From: Chlorokybus atmophyticus
Lineage: Eukaryota > Plantae > Mesostigma and Chlorokybus algae
Direction: 5' to 3'
Length of the DNA stretch: 64,000 bases
NCBI GenBank assembly: GCA_009103225.1
Contig: RHPI01001442.1
Location: forward strand, 69,563 to 133,562
How positions within the stretch are numbered: position 1 is the first letter of the stretch; each line of letters opens with the position of its first letter. Under the pieces are notes generated by a model. It saw only the letters and a program-made list of their open reading frames with translations, was not told the origin of the DNA and did no database searches. Below, in pieces: positions 24,464-38,479 of the stretch. Position numbers and translations under genes: made by a program.

Positions 24464-27400
24464 ATGTGTCGTGGACGTCATGCGGGACCGCAGCAGGCAG
24501 TTGGCCTGTTGCTACTGCTGCTGGCAGCTTGCCTGCGTGGGGCGTACTCCAAGACAGGTAGCTTGTCGGTGGTGAATTTGTAATTGGTGTGCTCCGGTCC
24601 GTGTGCTGATGTGCAGTGGCTGTCATATGCACGCTGGGCCTCTTGCCACATGCAATTGGAGACTTCAGGAGTAATTCCTTGAGCACCAACTCACCTCACT
24701 TGCACAGACCAGTCCGGCCACAAACAGATCGCCACACAGGGCTCACAGTGAAACAATCAACAAGCAAGAAGTGACTGGCATTATGGCCGTGTATTCTTTG
24801 CTAGTTGTTCTGAGCTGTAGGCTCAATAAGCAGCCATTTGCAGTGTGCAAGAGCTGCAACAGCTGCAAGAGCAGCTGACAGGCAATGCAAGTAGTTACCA
24901 CCCCCGTGCAGCTAACATGTGCATTGTGTGTTCAGTGACAGTCAGCAGTTTCGCTGCGCTCAGCAACGCCTTTCAAGATGATACTGTGGGTGAGATAGTA
25001 GTGAACGGTGACTTGGCGGCGACCAGCACGCTGACTGTCAGTCGCAAGCTGACAGTCAGGTCTGGTAGCAATGGGACTGCCAGTTTGGTCGGAGATTTTC
25101 GCGGCGTTATGCTCTTGGTGGATACTGGCGGGGAGCTGCTCATGTCAACTGTGGACGTCTCCAATGGAGATGCACGGGTAGGTGACCTAGTCTAGTTGCA
25201 TAATAGCAGCAGCATGACGAGCAGTATCACGGCCGTACATTGGTTGGCTTGTTGTGGTTGCGGCACACATGGGATCATGCGTGCGTGCTGGGCGCGTGTG
25301 TGGGTGGGTGCACACATGCATGCAAGGTCAAATGTGCCGCAACTCAAAAGAACAAGACAATTCAATGTGCAGTGATCTTCCAGCATAAACCCATGGCTTT
25401 GTGCAAAGGTGATGTTGTCACAACATGTAGTGCACTGCAGTAGAGATGATGATTTAAGACCAGTCTGCCTCTGGCGTCTTGACATGCTGCGTTCTGCAGG
25501 GCTCAAACTCACCTGTGGTTGTACAAGGCGTTGCCAGCTTTGTTCGTTGCAAGTTTTACAGCAATAAAGCGGCAGCCAGCGGTGGTGCCATCCACAATGC
25601 GGGCACACTGACACTCTCACAATGTGAGTTCACCGGTAACTCAGCAGGCACGGGGGTAAGAACCTCACTGACGAACACCGCCGATGTTTCCAAGCCGTTG
25701 CAAACACTTGTCTGAGTCTTTGGCAAAGCTGCAGAGTCAAACAGCTAGACAGGACAAGGAGTGTCACATGTGATTGTCCGTTAATGCATAACAGTGTGCA
25801 CACGTGACGAGGAGTTCCTGTTGCAGGGTCAAGGTGGCGCGTTGTATGACGAGGGCGAGGCAATCATAACAGATTGCACCTTCAATGGCAATAGTGCCGA
25901 TGCCACTGGTGGCTCCATTTCTAGCACTGTCTCCCTTACGTTGACAGGAAGCACCTTCTCCAACAATGAAGCTGTCTCAGACAGTGGCGGTGCGTTGGAA
26001 ATCCTTGGGCACCTAGTTGCGGAGAATTGCACATTCGACAGCAACACTGCTTCCAACTACGGTGGCCATATTATCACCCAAGAAGGAGCTGCGTTGACAG
26101 CAAGGAACTGCAACTTCTCTTCTGGCTACGCGTATGTGAGTGTTGTGAACAGCACTTGCACAGTGGCTTTGCTGTCTTTGCTTCGTAAAAGTCTGCTTGG
26201 TTGGTTGCGACTATTATTTGATTTATCCTTCGATGGAGCTAAGAGCCTGTCACACCAACGTCGTTTGTGACTGCTGTTCTAACGGCGCCTGACATTGTCG
26301 CCTTCAGGATGGAGGCGCTGTGGAGTTGAACAGTAATGCTACTTTCGAGAACTGCCATTTCAATGGCAATGCAGCAGATGTGAGCATATTTGGATACAAG
26401 CATTGTGTCTTCAATGATTTGGTGAGGCTTATCTATGACCAGCATCTGGATTAAGGACTGTTTCATACGCAGGATATTGGTGGTGCTATTGACCAGTACG
26501 TTGGCTATATGACCCTAAGAGAATGTCGCTTCGTTGGCAACTCTGCAATACTTGCTGGCGGTGCGATATCTTCAGCACAGCCGGGCTTCATAGCTGACTC
26601 AGTTTTCGTTCGTAACCTTGCGGTAAGCGCCCGAGACTTCTTGCTTATTGATGTGAGGACTTTCTGAGAGTGCAGCCTTTGATAAGTCGGCCTTGCTTTG
26701 CCTGCGACAAAGAGACAATCTGTCATCACCAGTACATATTGTGCAGACTGACTCTGAGGGGGTTGGAGGTGCCATACATGCTGATGAGAATTCCAACCTG
26801 GACATGCTGCGGTGCAATTTTACCGCGAACAACTCTACCTTTGTTGGTGGGGCCATCCGGTTAGGTCCCGCAGTGTCGGACGGCTCACCTGGTGTGGTGT
26901 CACTGCGCAGTTGCAACTTCATCAACAACGGAAACTTTGCTACGGTGAGAGCAGCTGTGGTGATATTTGCAAGCTTTTCTGTACATGTTGTCTTGTGCCT
27001 CACTGTGCGACAAAGTAGCATCCGCACTGTTAAGACCAGTTTTGAGCTCTTCTCTTGTTCGTATGGCAGTATGGAGGGGCTATCGGCGTGTCCGAGCTGG
27101 GCAGACTTATTGTGAACGATTGCTACTTTGATGGGAACTTCGGCAATTTTGGTGGGACTATCTATGTTGATGGCACAATCAACTTGAACAACAGCATCAT
27201 TGTCAACAGCCGTGGATCGGTAAGATCATGTGTTGTAGCCATCTTTTCTACATGCAATGGTGCAGCTTGTCCACACTCGGCCTCGTTGCATGGTACTTGA
27301 CATGTGCTCACAGTCAGCATACATCAGCTCGGAAGTCTTGGCATCCCAAACCCTTGGTCAGCGGCAAGGATTTCGCGCTCAACCTTCGAGGACAATGAAG

Positions 27401-30400
27401 CAGAAGTAAGTCCATACTTGTCGTCACACTTTTATTGTCGCATGACAACCCACTACGAGTGCATTAATAGAGGGCTGCTGTTGTTGGCGTTCTTCAGTTG
27501 GTACCGTTGAGGCTCATGTTGCTTGATTGCGCGTGTCCTCTATGTTCTGGTTGCTGCAACATGCATCTGCACAAGGTTACACAATAGGCCAACAACATGG
27601 TTCTGCCTTGCATTCGCACTTGAGTTCTGGTCAGCAGCCATCAAGTTGACTAGTTGTGCACATGCAGAGGGGAGGCGCAATTGAGTGTGTCAACGGACCA
27701 TCCGTGCAAGTCGAGGACACGATCTTCAGCCGCAATGTTGCAACTAACGAGGACGGCGGTGCTATTGCACTGCGCAATTGTACTTTCCGCGCAGCACGCT
27801 GCAATTTCACAGCCAACGCTTCTTTGGTACGTATCTGTGAGTAACTGATCGTTGTGTTGGCGTGACATGTTTGTCGGTCAGTCAAGCGAGCAAGAAGCGG
27901 TTCCTGCATGGCTGCATGCAAGTGCCAATGCTGTTTACATGCAGTTTAATTTGGCAGAGGCCTCATGGCAGTACCGCAAGCAGCGCCACACGTCTGTTTA
28001 CGTAGTCACTTGAGAAGGGAGTGTGTCTTGGCGGTGTTAGTCCTTGCTGCGGCTGATGCCACTACCATGCTGTGCAGAGAAGTGCCGGTGCCATCAGCAT
28101 TGGTTCCTATCAACAGTTAATCTCGGCGACTGCAACCATTGCAGCATGCAACTTCGTCAACAACTCTGCCAAGGTAAATGTGCCAAGTGTGCCATGTCAA
28201 GCTTGTTGTGCTGGGGCTGATGCTTCATGAGCTCACCTGTGGGAAGGGCTCAGTCAGTAGGAACCACGCTCATGGGTCAGCTTACACGGTTGGCAGGTGA
28301 ACGGGGGCGCCATAACCTCAAGCTACAAGCTCTCCATCACAGATTCCACATTTGATGGCAATGATGCTGCGGTTCGTGCAGCTGCGGTCTATTGCTTTGC
28401 ACAGTTGTTCCCTGAGTAAGCTCAGCCATGATTGACCTTTCTTGCTCTCATAGGATGGCGGTGCCATTCGCAACACAGGGCTTGAGGAGAAGGTGATACA
28501 AATAAGTTGTGACACACCACTGCGTGAGTTGCAATGAGTCTCTGCAGCAAGCATTCCTTATAGGTCGCTTTGTCTGCCTGCAGAATGAAGGTCTGACCAT
28601 TGTGGCAGACGTCTACGTCCCGAGAAATTTGTTGACAGTCACACAATGCACCTTCCGCAACAACTTCTGTTCGGTAAGTGTGAGCATAGCTCTAGGTGTA
28701 TGAGACAGCAATGCAAGCGTACATCACCTGATGTACGCCTGCATCTGAACTATCTTCATTGCAGTGTAGTGCAAATAGTAGTGCACAGTCCGTCTCTTGC
28801 ACATCAACGCAGTTATTGGTCTGTGACATTGTGTTTGTTGAACAGGTTGGAAGCGAACAGACTGGCGGTGCTATCCAGAATGGTTTTGGCAGCATCATTG
28901 TTACTGACACAACGTTCATCAACAACACCGCACAGGTATGTTCATAGTCTAATTGCGCGGTTGCGTGCTTGAGTTTTAGGTAGAGAGGCTTCACTACTGT
29001 CTGCTATTCAGATTGGCGGAGGCTTTCACAACGGGGGGCGTGATACAGTTGGTAACGACGGCTGTCGCCCTTCCATGTCTGCTCTCATCCAGGTGCATGC
29101 ATGGTAGTATGAGTGCAGTCGGTTGTTGATATGCTTTAGTTGTTGTGTGTGCGTTGTGATGTCATAGCTTCTAATACAAGCATGGCATGCACTTGATATG
29201 CTTGCAGATGCGTCCTGTTGGCACATGTCGTCCAGCCTTGTCAGTTTTGATACTGCACAGCTTAGTTATCCTCAGTGTGAATTGCGTATTGCATCGACAT
29301 GTGGTCTGTTGCTTGGACTGTGGCATGCAATGACGTTACAACCCATTGATGCACAGAGTTGCACCTTTGTTGACAACACCGCCGGGCAAGGTGGAGGGGC
29401 AGCTGTGGATGCCTCTGCATGTGAGCCATCAGCCAACGTGACATTCCGTAATGTGACCTTCCTGCGGAACATTGCCGGTGATGGAGGCGCCTTGTACCTC
29501 TTGTGCCACAATGACACAACTTGCCCTGTCATAGCCAAGAGCACCCTGGCCGGCAACAGAGCTCAAGATGGCGGTGGCGCTGCAGTATTTTGTGATGCAC
29601 TTCCCACTGTCTTCTGCTCTCCAGTACGTTTTTTCTGATATAGTTGCCACGCTCTAACACACACAGTAGACCCTTCTGCGCTTACTTTGCTGCATGCCCA
29701 GTACTTGGTTGATTCGAAGCGCAAGTCATAGTCATCTGCTTGTTAGCAAGTCGTGCATGAGCATAAGTTGAGTGCAGGACTCTGATGCAGCATCCTTGCA
29801 CAGGATGGTGCTCGCTTGAACTCCTCAGCTGGCTGTTCCACTTGGAGCAACAACACCGCTACAGATGGGTATGGAGATGTCTTTGCTTCAGGGCCTAGAG
29901 CGCTCAGAGCATCGCAGACAAGGTTTCCATCTCAGGCCAGTCAGCAGCCGCTCAGCAACCTCAGCTTGCAGCTCGTCGACCAGTTTGGTCAAGTGGTCCT
30001 TGCCACTCGCTACGATGGCACTATCATCAACGCGCAGGTGATTGTCCATCGCTTTTGTGCTGAGTCTGCGATGAAAATGACCAATCTTGCCTTTGCAGAT
30101 TGCAAATGGAAGCGGCATTCTGCTTGGAGAGGTTGTGACGGCATTGTCTGGTGGGCAAGCTGTATTCACCAACCTCAACGTGAACGGGACACCAGGCGCA
30201 AACGAGCTGGTCTTGTCCGCAGATAGGTCACAGCTGGCGCTCGATGTGCCTGTTGTGGTCGACATACGCAGCTGCATCCGTGGAGAAGTCACCTCAGCAG
30301 GTATGTGGTTGTCACCGGGACAAATAGCATGTCTTTTGAGTGAGCAGTTTGGGTGGGCGGCTGGAGGTTGCTGATCGTTTATGCAAAATGACCTGCTTGT

Positions 30401-32171
30401 TTACAGATGGCACAAGCTGTGACCGGTGCAGCCCTCCAAACTTCAGCTGGGACCCTGCGACACCGTGCACGCAATGCCCAGAGAATGCTATCTGCTATGG
30501 AGGCGATGTCATTGTACCGCAGGATGGGTTCTGGCGGTCGAGTTACTACTCAGCCGAGATTGTGGAGTGCCCAAATGTAGAAGCCTGCACGTATGCCAAC
30601 CGGTCTGAGCTTCTGAATGTCACGACTGCTGCTCCACTTAGCGCTGAAGACTACCGCGCACAGCTGTGTTCCAAGGGTTACACTGGCAACCTGTGCGCCG
30701 TTTGTGCAGAAGGCTATGGCCTGACACGCTTTGTCGGCAAGACGCAGTGCCGCAAGTGCCCTTCAACCGCTGTGAAGGTCATCTACATGATCCTTTGGAT
30801 ACTTGTGGAGGTGGCCATTGTGTCTATCCTCATCACATCGACGTTGATGCCCACAATGGTTGCAAGCACCGGACAGCTTCTGAATGGACCAGCGGGCATG
30901 AAAATCGTCATCAACTTGTTTCAAGTGGTCGCCCTCGCCTTTGTCATTCAGCATGAGTGGCCTGCCCCCATAGACTACATGACGGAGACACTCGCGACGG
31001 TGTTTCTGGCTCAAAGCCAGCTGCTGCCGCTGGATTGCTACATGTCCAATGGAGGGCTGAGTAAGGCTTTCAGAACCACCATCATATACTCTGTCCTGCC
31101 ATTCGCCGCGACGCTACCCGCAATCCTGTTTTGGAGCATTTATCACTGGTATCTGCAACTCCGGCAACGCAAGGTCATGAAGGACGCCGATGCAGATGTG
31201 GCGGCGCTGTCATTTCGCACTACGTTCTGGGAGCGCATCATGCCCAGCATGCTGTGCATAGAGTTTTTCCTGTGGCCAACAACAGTGGCGAACTTCCTGT
31301 CTTTGTTCAGCTGCCGGTATATTGACTCAGCTGAACTGTTTCCTGGTGATCCAGTCTACAACCCAGACCAGGTGCTGATCTGCTTGCAATGCTCTTGATC
31401 TGTTTTCAATGCTCCTTCTTATGGTGGCATGATGCTGCAGCTGGCAGTGCACTGACCCTGCGGATTGGTTGTTAGGTTCTGGGGTTGCATTGGGAGAGTG
31501 ATATGAGCGTGAAGTGTTTCACAGGGACACACCTGGCATATGTCCTGGGCTTTGGCATCCCAGGCCTCTTTATCTTTGTGGCACTGCTTCCAGCCTCTAT
31601 TGGTTGGTTTGTGTACAAGAACCGCAACCGGCTCAATCAGCTTCGAGTGCTGCGACGAACGGGCTTCTTCTTCAAGATGTACAGGCCCAAAGCCTTCTTG
31701 TGGGATGAAGTGCTGCACTTCCAGAAACTGCTCCTCGCCATTAATTCCATTCTCATAGCCAAGTTTGGCGGCCAGGCGCAGAACGCTATTGCATTCGGCG
31801 TTCTCACTGCCTTCACCCTTCTGCAGTGGCATGTGCAGCCACACATAAGGACGAGTCATGAGCGACTGACAGACTCGGCGTGTTGCGCCGCTTGCTATCT
31901 GGTGTTCATGGGCATGCTGGTCTTTCTGTACCCAAGCCATGGCCCGGAAATCGCCATTGACGTGCTCTTTGGCGGCGGGCTTGGTATCTGCCTTGCTTTC
32001 TTCCTTTCTAAAGTGGCTTTTGGAGCAGTGAAGGATGTGCGAGCACTGCACACGGGCGGGTTTAACGGCAGAGCGTCATTATATGCCCTGCCTGCTGCAG
32101 ACGTATCCGCACATATCAGTGATGCAATTGCATCGAGTCGATTAATAAAAACACTGCCAGACACAGGTTAG
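24464..32171 (+). CDS. Large cell-surface protein: signal peptide, polymorphic-membrane-protein (FxxN/GGAI) beta-helix repeats, Ig-like and Cys-rich segments, ~9-TM C-terminal domain
   Basis: Exon 1 MCRGRHAGPQQAVGLLLLLLAACLRGAYSKT splices in frame to VTVSSFAALSNAF. At least 12 FxxN…GGA(I/L/V) repeats (e.g. FYSNKAAASGGAIH, FTANNSTFVGGAIRL, FLRNIAGDGGALYL). Cys-rich segment CDRCSPPNFSWDPATPCTQCPENAICYGG…CSKGYTGNLCAVC. Multiple hydrophobic helices in ORFs 30340-31398 and 31485-32171. Confidence 0.88.
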
Positions 32172-32836
32172 ATTAGTCGAGGGGCGCAATGCTACACAGC
32201 AAGTATACAGCTTGTTGTAAGCATGGTATATACACAAAACAAATAGTTAATATCTACACAAATAGATTGCAACACATGCCTCAGGCTGCTAAGGCACAGC
32301 ATCCCTGACATTGGCGAGGGAGGCAAGGCACAAGCGTGCCAGCATCTCAGTGCTGGGCAGGCAGGTCATCCTGGCAGCAATGCGACTTGGTTCTCAACTT
32401 CAATGTGGCATAGATGAGTACTGAGTCCACGGCCAATGGAAACATGCCAATTGTATGACATTGTCCACATTGGTGCAATGGCCTCGGATTTCCAAAAGCT
32501 GCTGCGGTAGACAACAGCATCAAGGGCATATGTGCACGGGGGACAGGGTAAGAGGATGCAGACGATTAGATCTGTCGCACTTACACCAACACTACCCTTG
32601 TTTATGGCCAATTTAGCCATAAAGCACAAGGCTTCAGACAAGTATTCCAGTAAGCGTGCGAATTACAAGTGAGGCATGCCTCACTGATAGATGCAATGTT
32701 CATAATGCGGAGTGCATGCACGAACCACGTGCATAAAAGCAGCAACAAACCAATTGCAGGGCAAGCAGACTTCAATGACATGGCAAGCACGCGATACGAC
32801 CAAGCAGAGGTTGTATAGGTATAATTGTTGTTCTTG

Positions 32837-35800
32837 TTATTGTTCAGACTCGCCGTGTTCGTGCACGTCAAGCGTGCGGCTGGGTTTCAACAGCCAGTTG
32901 CGCAGGGCATCCTTCACAACCACCAGCCTACCTATGTTGGCGTGTAGCGGTGTCGGCCTGTTGCGCGTGTCGACTTGAATTCGCTTGGGAGTCACTGTCG
33001 GCGTAGACAACACGGATAAAGCCAACTCTTTCTCCAACAAGTCTGTTACTGCTGAGCGCACCACTGCATTCCCGGGAACACGGCTCTTATGCCCTTGGCC
33101 CGTTATTATGACCAAGTCTCTTACCACATCACCTGCGTTGTCAAGCAAACACAGTGTACACACACAGATACGATGATAAGATGCTATTGCCCTGCTTGAG
33201 GCGGTGCAAGTGGACCAAAACGCAAAACACACCTTCTCTGTGTCGACTGCGAACGAGTTTTAGCAGACTCAAAACCGCAGCACGAGCCTCAGCCTGCACC
33301 GCACAAGAAAGAGAAACAACAAGTAGACGGTCATGTGACTGCTTTGTATTGCACATTGGGCTTGCTGCTCAATGCAACACAACATGCGCATGTACCGCAT
33401 TGAGCCCATGCAGGTCGATGAGAAGGTGACCATGTTCGCCCTTCTCTTCTTTCAACCTCAACTGATTACCAAACAGCAGCCCTGCCATCACGCTTGTACG
33501 CCCAACTGCTCAACACAAAGTGCATGTGTTTTGGCTGCAGTACATTGAACAAGCGGCCAGCTGTTGCAACCATCACTGAAGCATGACGTGCCCTTACCTG
33601 CTTGCTCATCGGCTCTCAATGGATGGAAAGCGTGTTCGGCCCATGCATCAATTAGCGACTCAAAAGTGGCTGTGTTTGGAGCCAAACCTGCATCCCGCAT
33701 GTCCTCATACACCTACAAGTGTTGCCAAACTGCATTGCTACAAAGGTCATGAGTGAGAGATTTCAACAAAATGTAAAAATGTGATGAGCTTCTGTGATTG
33801 TGTGAGCTTGCAAGTCACAGTCGCATTGCGATGTCACCTTGAAGGCGTACTGGAGGTCACCGTGACGGACACAAGCGCGTATGACAGTGTTGCTGGTTAC
33901 TGCGTTGGGACGTAAACCATCCTTTCGCATTGAGAGGAACGCTCGCATAGCCTCGCCATGCCGTCCCGCAGACTCGCACAGCTGCCAAGCAAGGGCGAGG
34001 GTAACAATGCATGCTTACAACCGCATCCGCAACATATTTGCATATGGACAGGAAAAATATCGTTAAGGACAGCTGGGAACAATGCAGCCACTACATGCAT
34101 GCAAAACAAACCTTGATAAGTGCCGTATAGAACACAACGTCTGGTGCGATGCCTTTAGACTTCATGTCATCAAACAACTCCCATGCGCGAGAAACATCCT
34201 GCGCGTCTTTTGTCCCCTACAAACAGCACACAAGCCTTCAGAACTAGCATGCTCCCTACATCGCTGATAATGATTGCTAACAACGTTAAGCATCCACCAA
34301 TACCTGTGTGGCGTTATATTTTGCACATACCACATTGTGCATGCCACAGTTTGCTGTCCATGTACTTCAATGTCTTACCGCAAGATCTATCATTTCTGTG
34401 TATGTCCAGACATCTGGCTTGATGCCCCTGTCAGCTTCCCATCGCCGCATGAGGTCATAAGCCTGCAAGCATTACTCACTCGACAAGTATGCAACTGTAG
34501 GTTTCATGTTGCACACAAAGCAGGGCATCTTGCACAAAGTGTGATGTAAGCCAAGATGCACGCGTACTTCTTGAAAAGTTCCACAAGCTGGCAACAGGGA
34601 GTTGAGGGTCGCAACATCTGGCATGACATCATCCTCTTGCATCTTATCAATCAACCGCAATGCGCGCTCTTGTTGTCCGGACCTGGATCCAGCACCAACA
34701 ATCATTTGCATGTGCAGGAGTTCATACCACTTGGCAGCACACTCCCAGAGACTATCACCATAGCAATGGTGACAAGGCTGGTTAAGCTGTCTTTGCTTGC
34801 AGCAACAACAGCAGCGCTCGCACAACTGCACAGTGTAAGAGTTATACTGTTTGACAGCTTCTCACCGAGAGTAAAGAGCAATGAGCCGATTGTAGATGAA
34901 GATATTAGGTAGAACATTGTCCGCTTTCATTTCGTCCAGCAACCCGATGGCTCGGTCTACCTGTATACATCTCTGGCCTTCTTGATCTGCTCGTGATGCT
35001 TACTTGTCCATGCAAACAACTCGTATGAGCTGTGCCTACCTGCCCTTCTTGCGCACATGCGCCTAGCAACTCTCCATAAGTATATGCATCCCTGGACACC
35101 TGCGCCTCGCGCATGTCTACCACAATCTGCCATGCGCGCTCAAACTCGCCGGCTCGCACAGCAACCTGCGAGAGCGGCCTTGTGTTGAGCTGCTGTTGCA
35201 TCGGCCATCAGGCAGCCATTTGACTCTGATGGCGCAGAAATCAACATGTCACGCGCTACCATGTTCAAATACCTGAACCAGGACATTGTAGCTGACAGTG
35301 TCCATTGGCACGTCCTGTTCCCGCATCAGGGAAACCACTTCTTCAGCAAGCACAAGATTGCGCGATTCTGAACAAGCCTGCAAAACAGCAAACAGTGAGT
35401 TGCACATGATGGCATGTCTATAAGATTTGGAGTGATAGACTTCCTGCTGCAGCTCTGCTTTGGCTCTTATCAGACAGACGAGTGCAACTGCAGGTTTGTA
35501 TGGCTGGTTAACGATGTACCTTCAGCAAAAGGCTGCAAGTGATCGGATCAGGTTTGACGCCCCATCTAGCAACGTCTGCTAACACTGCGCGAACCCCGGC
35601 TTTTGGCAATGTTGCCGCTACAACCCAATTGATGACTTTGCTTGCTGGTTCCATACCTGCGGCCACACAGATGTCGTAGCGCATGATCTTACTCCGTAGG
35701 AATCTTGCACATGCTTTGATCATGGTTTCGAGAACTTCAACATACGCACTTACCCGCCTCTATCATATTGTCTACAAGGCTGCCTGCAGCAAACGTGTCT

Positions 35801-37197
35801 CCCACTTGCACCGATGCATGGATCAGGTTTACGTAGCATGGGGCCGGGGGAGGTACACAACACTCCTGATGGTACCAACATGAATTAATAGTCAAAGTTA
35901 CTGAAAGCCCTTTGCACAGAGTTAGTGTCATAAGCGGCTACAGGCAGAACTGCGCAAGTTACAAGTCAGCATGCACGTGTACTTGGTTGTGTCAAGGGCA
36001 GACTACACATGTGCGGGCATGCAAGCGGCCAGCATGTGCATGCTGTCTCACCTGCACGGCTTTGAAGATTGCCTGTGCACCCGCCAGTCTGCCTCTCTTG
36101 CCAAACTCAGCTATAGCGCCTGAATACGCATACTCGTTTGAACATGCTGCCAGGTACTCTAATGCTGCTGGCACATCGTTCGTTGCAGCGCAGGCTGCCA
36201 GAAATGGCTGCTTGTCAATGCACTTGCTGCAAAGTCAAACGAAAACATTACGGAACGTGTATTGAAGTACAGAGGTTGATTGAGCACAGCTCCTTGCAGC
36301 AAGTTCGCAGTCATTCAGAAATATCTGGAGGCAGGCTCATGGCCATAAAATGCAGTCAAGCAACCTGACCTTGCACGGACTTTGGTGTGCACACACAGCG
36401 CGAGCGCCTCTCCTGGCCTACCGGCCTTGACCAGTTCAGCACACAAGGGTGTCACCTCCGCGCGGGGAATGCTCACACCGGCTTCTGCACGTTTGTGTAC
36501 GTCTTCTAGCTTGCAAAGGAGACACATGCTTGTTTAGATCAAACGCGGTTGCAGCCATAAAGACATTTCAACTGCAGAAGTCGTGTTGCAACATGTGCAC
36601 GTACTAACACAGCACACACACGAGGCATACTTTCCATGCTTCCATGCACACTGCAACTTTGATATACTTCGGTGTTGGCAGAAGGTAGTCATCAACGAAC
36701 GCGAACATAGTGAACAGATGTGTGCAATCTGAACTGACCTTGGCTGCGACAGCTGGAAGCAGTGCTAGACTGATAGTGTTAAGCTGTAGCTCTCTCCGCG
36801 CAGCGCCCCTTGCAGCGCTTCTGCTTGCTGTCAATTGGCAGCTTGCTAAATTGCAAAAAACGAAGCAAACAGCATAGTCAGCGGGAACAATCACCCATTT
36901 ACAGCAGACTCAAGAGCTAATCTGGCACCCATTGACCAAGAATGCAAGCGTTGCTGACTTGGCCGTACAAGTAGCTGTCAGCATGGGAGTGACCAACAGC
37001 TGGTGACAATTGTGAACCCAGTCTAAGCGCTCACCTCCTGTGTTGCGCAATGCATGGACAGCCCCTCTCTCCGCCCACAGCCCAAGCTGGCTGCGTTTCG
37101 GCGTTTGTCGCCGGCTGCTGCGTCTGTGCAGCAGCGACTCCACATCCGTCCAGCAAGCAGGGCCAGCAAGGCTACCAGACAAAAGCCGCAGCGCCAT
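32837..37197 (-). CDS. P-type pentatricopeptide repeat protein with C-terminal SMR domain (resembles Arabidopsis At5g02830-type, chloroplastic)
   Basis: PPR motifs: NEYAYSGAIAEFGKRGRLAGAQAIF; DAYTYGELLGACAQEG; ALRLIDKMQEDDVMPDVATLNSLL; MRKDGLRPNAVTSNTVIRACVRHGD; MRDAGLAPNTATFESLIDAW. SMR: LIDLHGLNA…EARAAVLSLL…VVRDLVIITGQGHKSR…VRSAVTDLLEKEL…GRLVV. ATG 37197, TAA 32839-32837. The orthologue assignment is from memory of the sequence. Confidence 0.9.
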
Positions 37198-38479
37198 TGC
37201 TTACAATGTCCTCAGACAACCACCACACCCATTGCCTGGCCTGGTCTGTTCTACCAAGACAACAAGAGCAATTCTACCACAGCATGGGCTTTTATGCACA
37301 GCACCGTCGCCGCCTGGTCAAAACGCACAGCGGTAGGCCTGATTGAGGCATGCTCGCCTTGCTACTGCTAGCCGCCGCCGCCGCTCACAGCACATCTTGC
37401 AGCCACTGTGTGCATGGCAAAGTCCAGTCCAGCTGCAATTATCCGTAAGCATGTCCTCAAGAGCAGCATGTAACAAGTTGTTCTCTCCCTAGCTGCAGCA
37501 CGCTATGCTGGCGGCGGTGAAGGTGCGTCGTGGTCTGCCGCTGCTGTAAGGCTCGGCCTGGATTGCTCGCGGCGAAGTGTCCCCTGCAACGCCTGGATAC
37601 CACAGTCACCTCCTCCTCCTCCTGCTTGCAAGGTACGCTCCAAAACAGTGTGCGACATGACACATGCAAGTACATACATGCTGACAATATATATACAAGT
37701 GAAAGCACATGGATGTAATTGCGCAACTCATTATCTGTATTCAGAGGGTGCATTGCTGATTGGTTCCCTGACTTCTAGCATGTCTCACTGCTGCTGTGCA
37801 TGGCCAATGTCATCTTTTGGTTGCGTGGGTTTCACCTGTTATGTAGCAACAACACAATGCATTGCTTGCCTTTTGCAATCATGCAACGGGTAGCGCAGCC
37901 ACGCACATGTCCAATGCTGTGAATAGAACCATGCATGACCCAGGCGCTTCCCAAGATTGCCATCAGTGGGATGTGTCTAACTTGCCTTAGGCATGTCTTG
38001 TGGTTGTTTGGTAATGCCAACCCGTGGTTGTTGGGTGTGTTGTTCGATCCAGTTGAGCACAGACGATAGTTCAGTGGCGACACTATGCTCACAGCAGCAT
38101 CATCCAAAAGTGAGATCAGTCCTCCATCGGCGTTCCAGCTGATATCGCCGCACCTCAGTTAATAGCGCTATCAGGATTGGCGATCTCGAGTCCATATGGA
38201 ACACACCCACAATGACACTGTAAAGGTAAGGAGAAGTGTTGGTGTGTGCACGTGTGCGCGTGTGTGCGAGTGCACGTGTGCGCAAGTGCCTGTTGGGGTG
38301 CATGTGTGTGCATGTGTGCGTGCGCATATGGTGTGGGGGTGTGGGTTGTGCACGTGCGCACCTGTGTACGTGGTCATGCGCTATATTTATACGTGTGTAT
38401 GTGACATGACTAACCAACAGCCAGGAGGAAAGCGTTGACGACTCCCATCATCCCCAACTTCGAGGCCACGTTGGCGCGT

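Noticed and set aside
3778-37197. Apparent cluster of plastid or carbohydrate/phosphate genes (PAP, HAD, ESV1, PPR-SMR)
   Set aside because: Unrelated pathways, mixed orientations, and interleaved unrelated genes; plastid-targeted genes are common enough for this to be chance.
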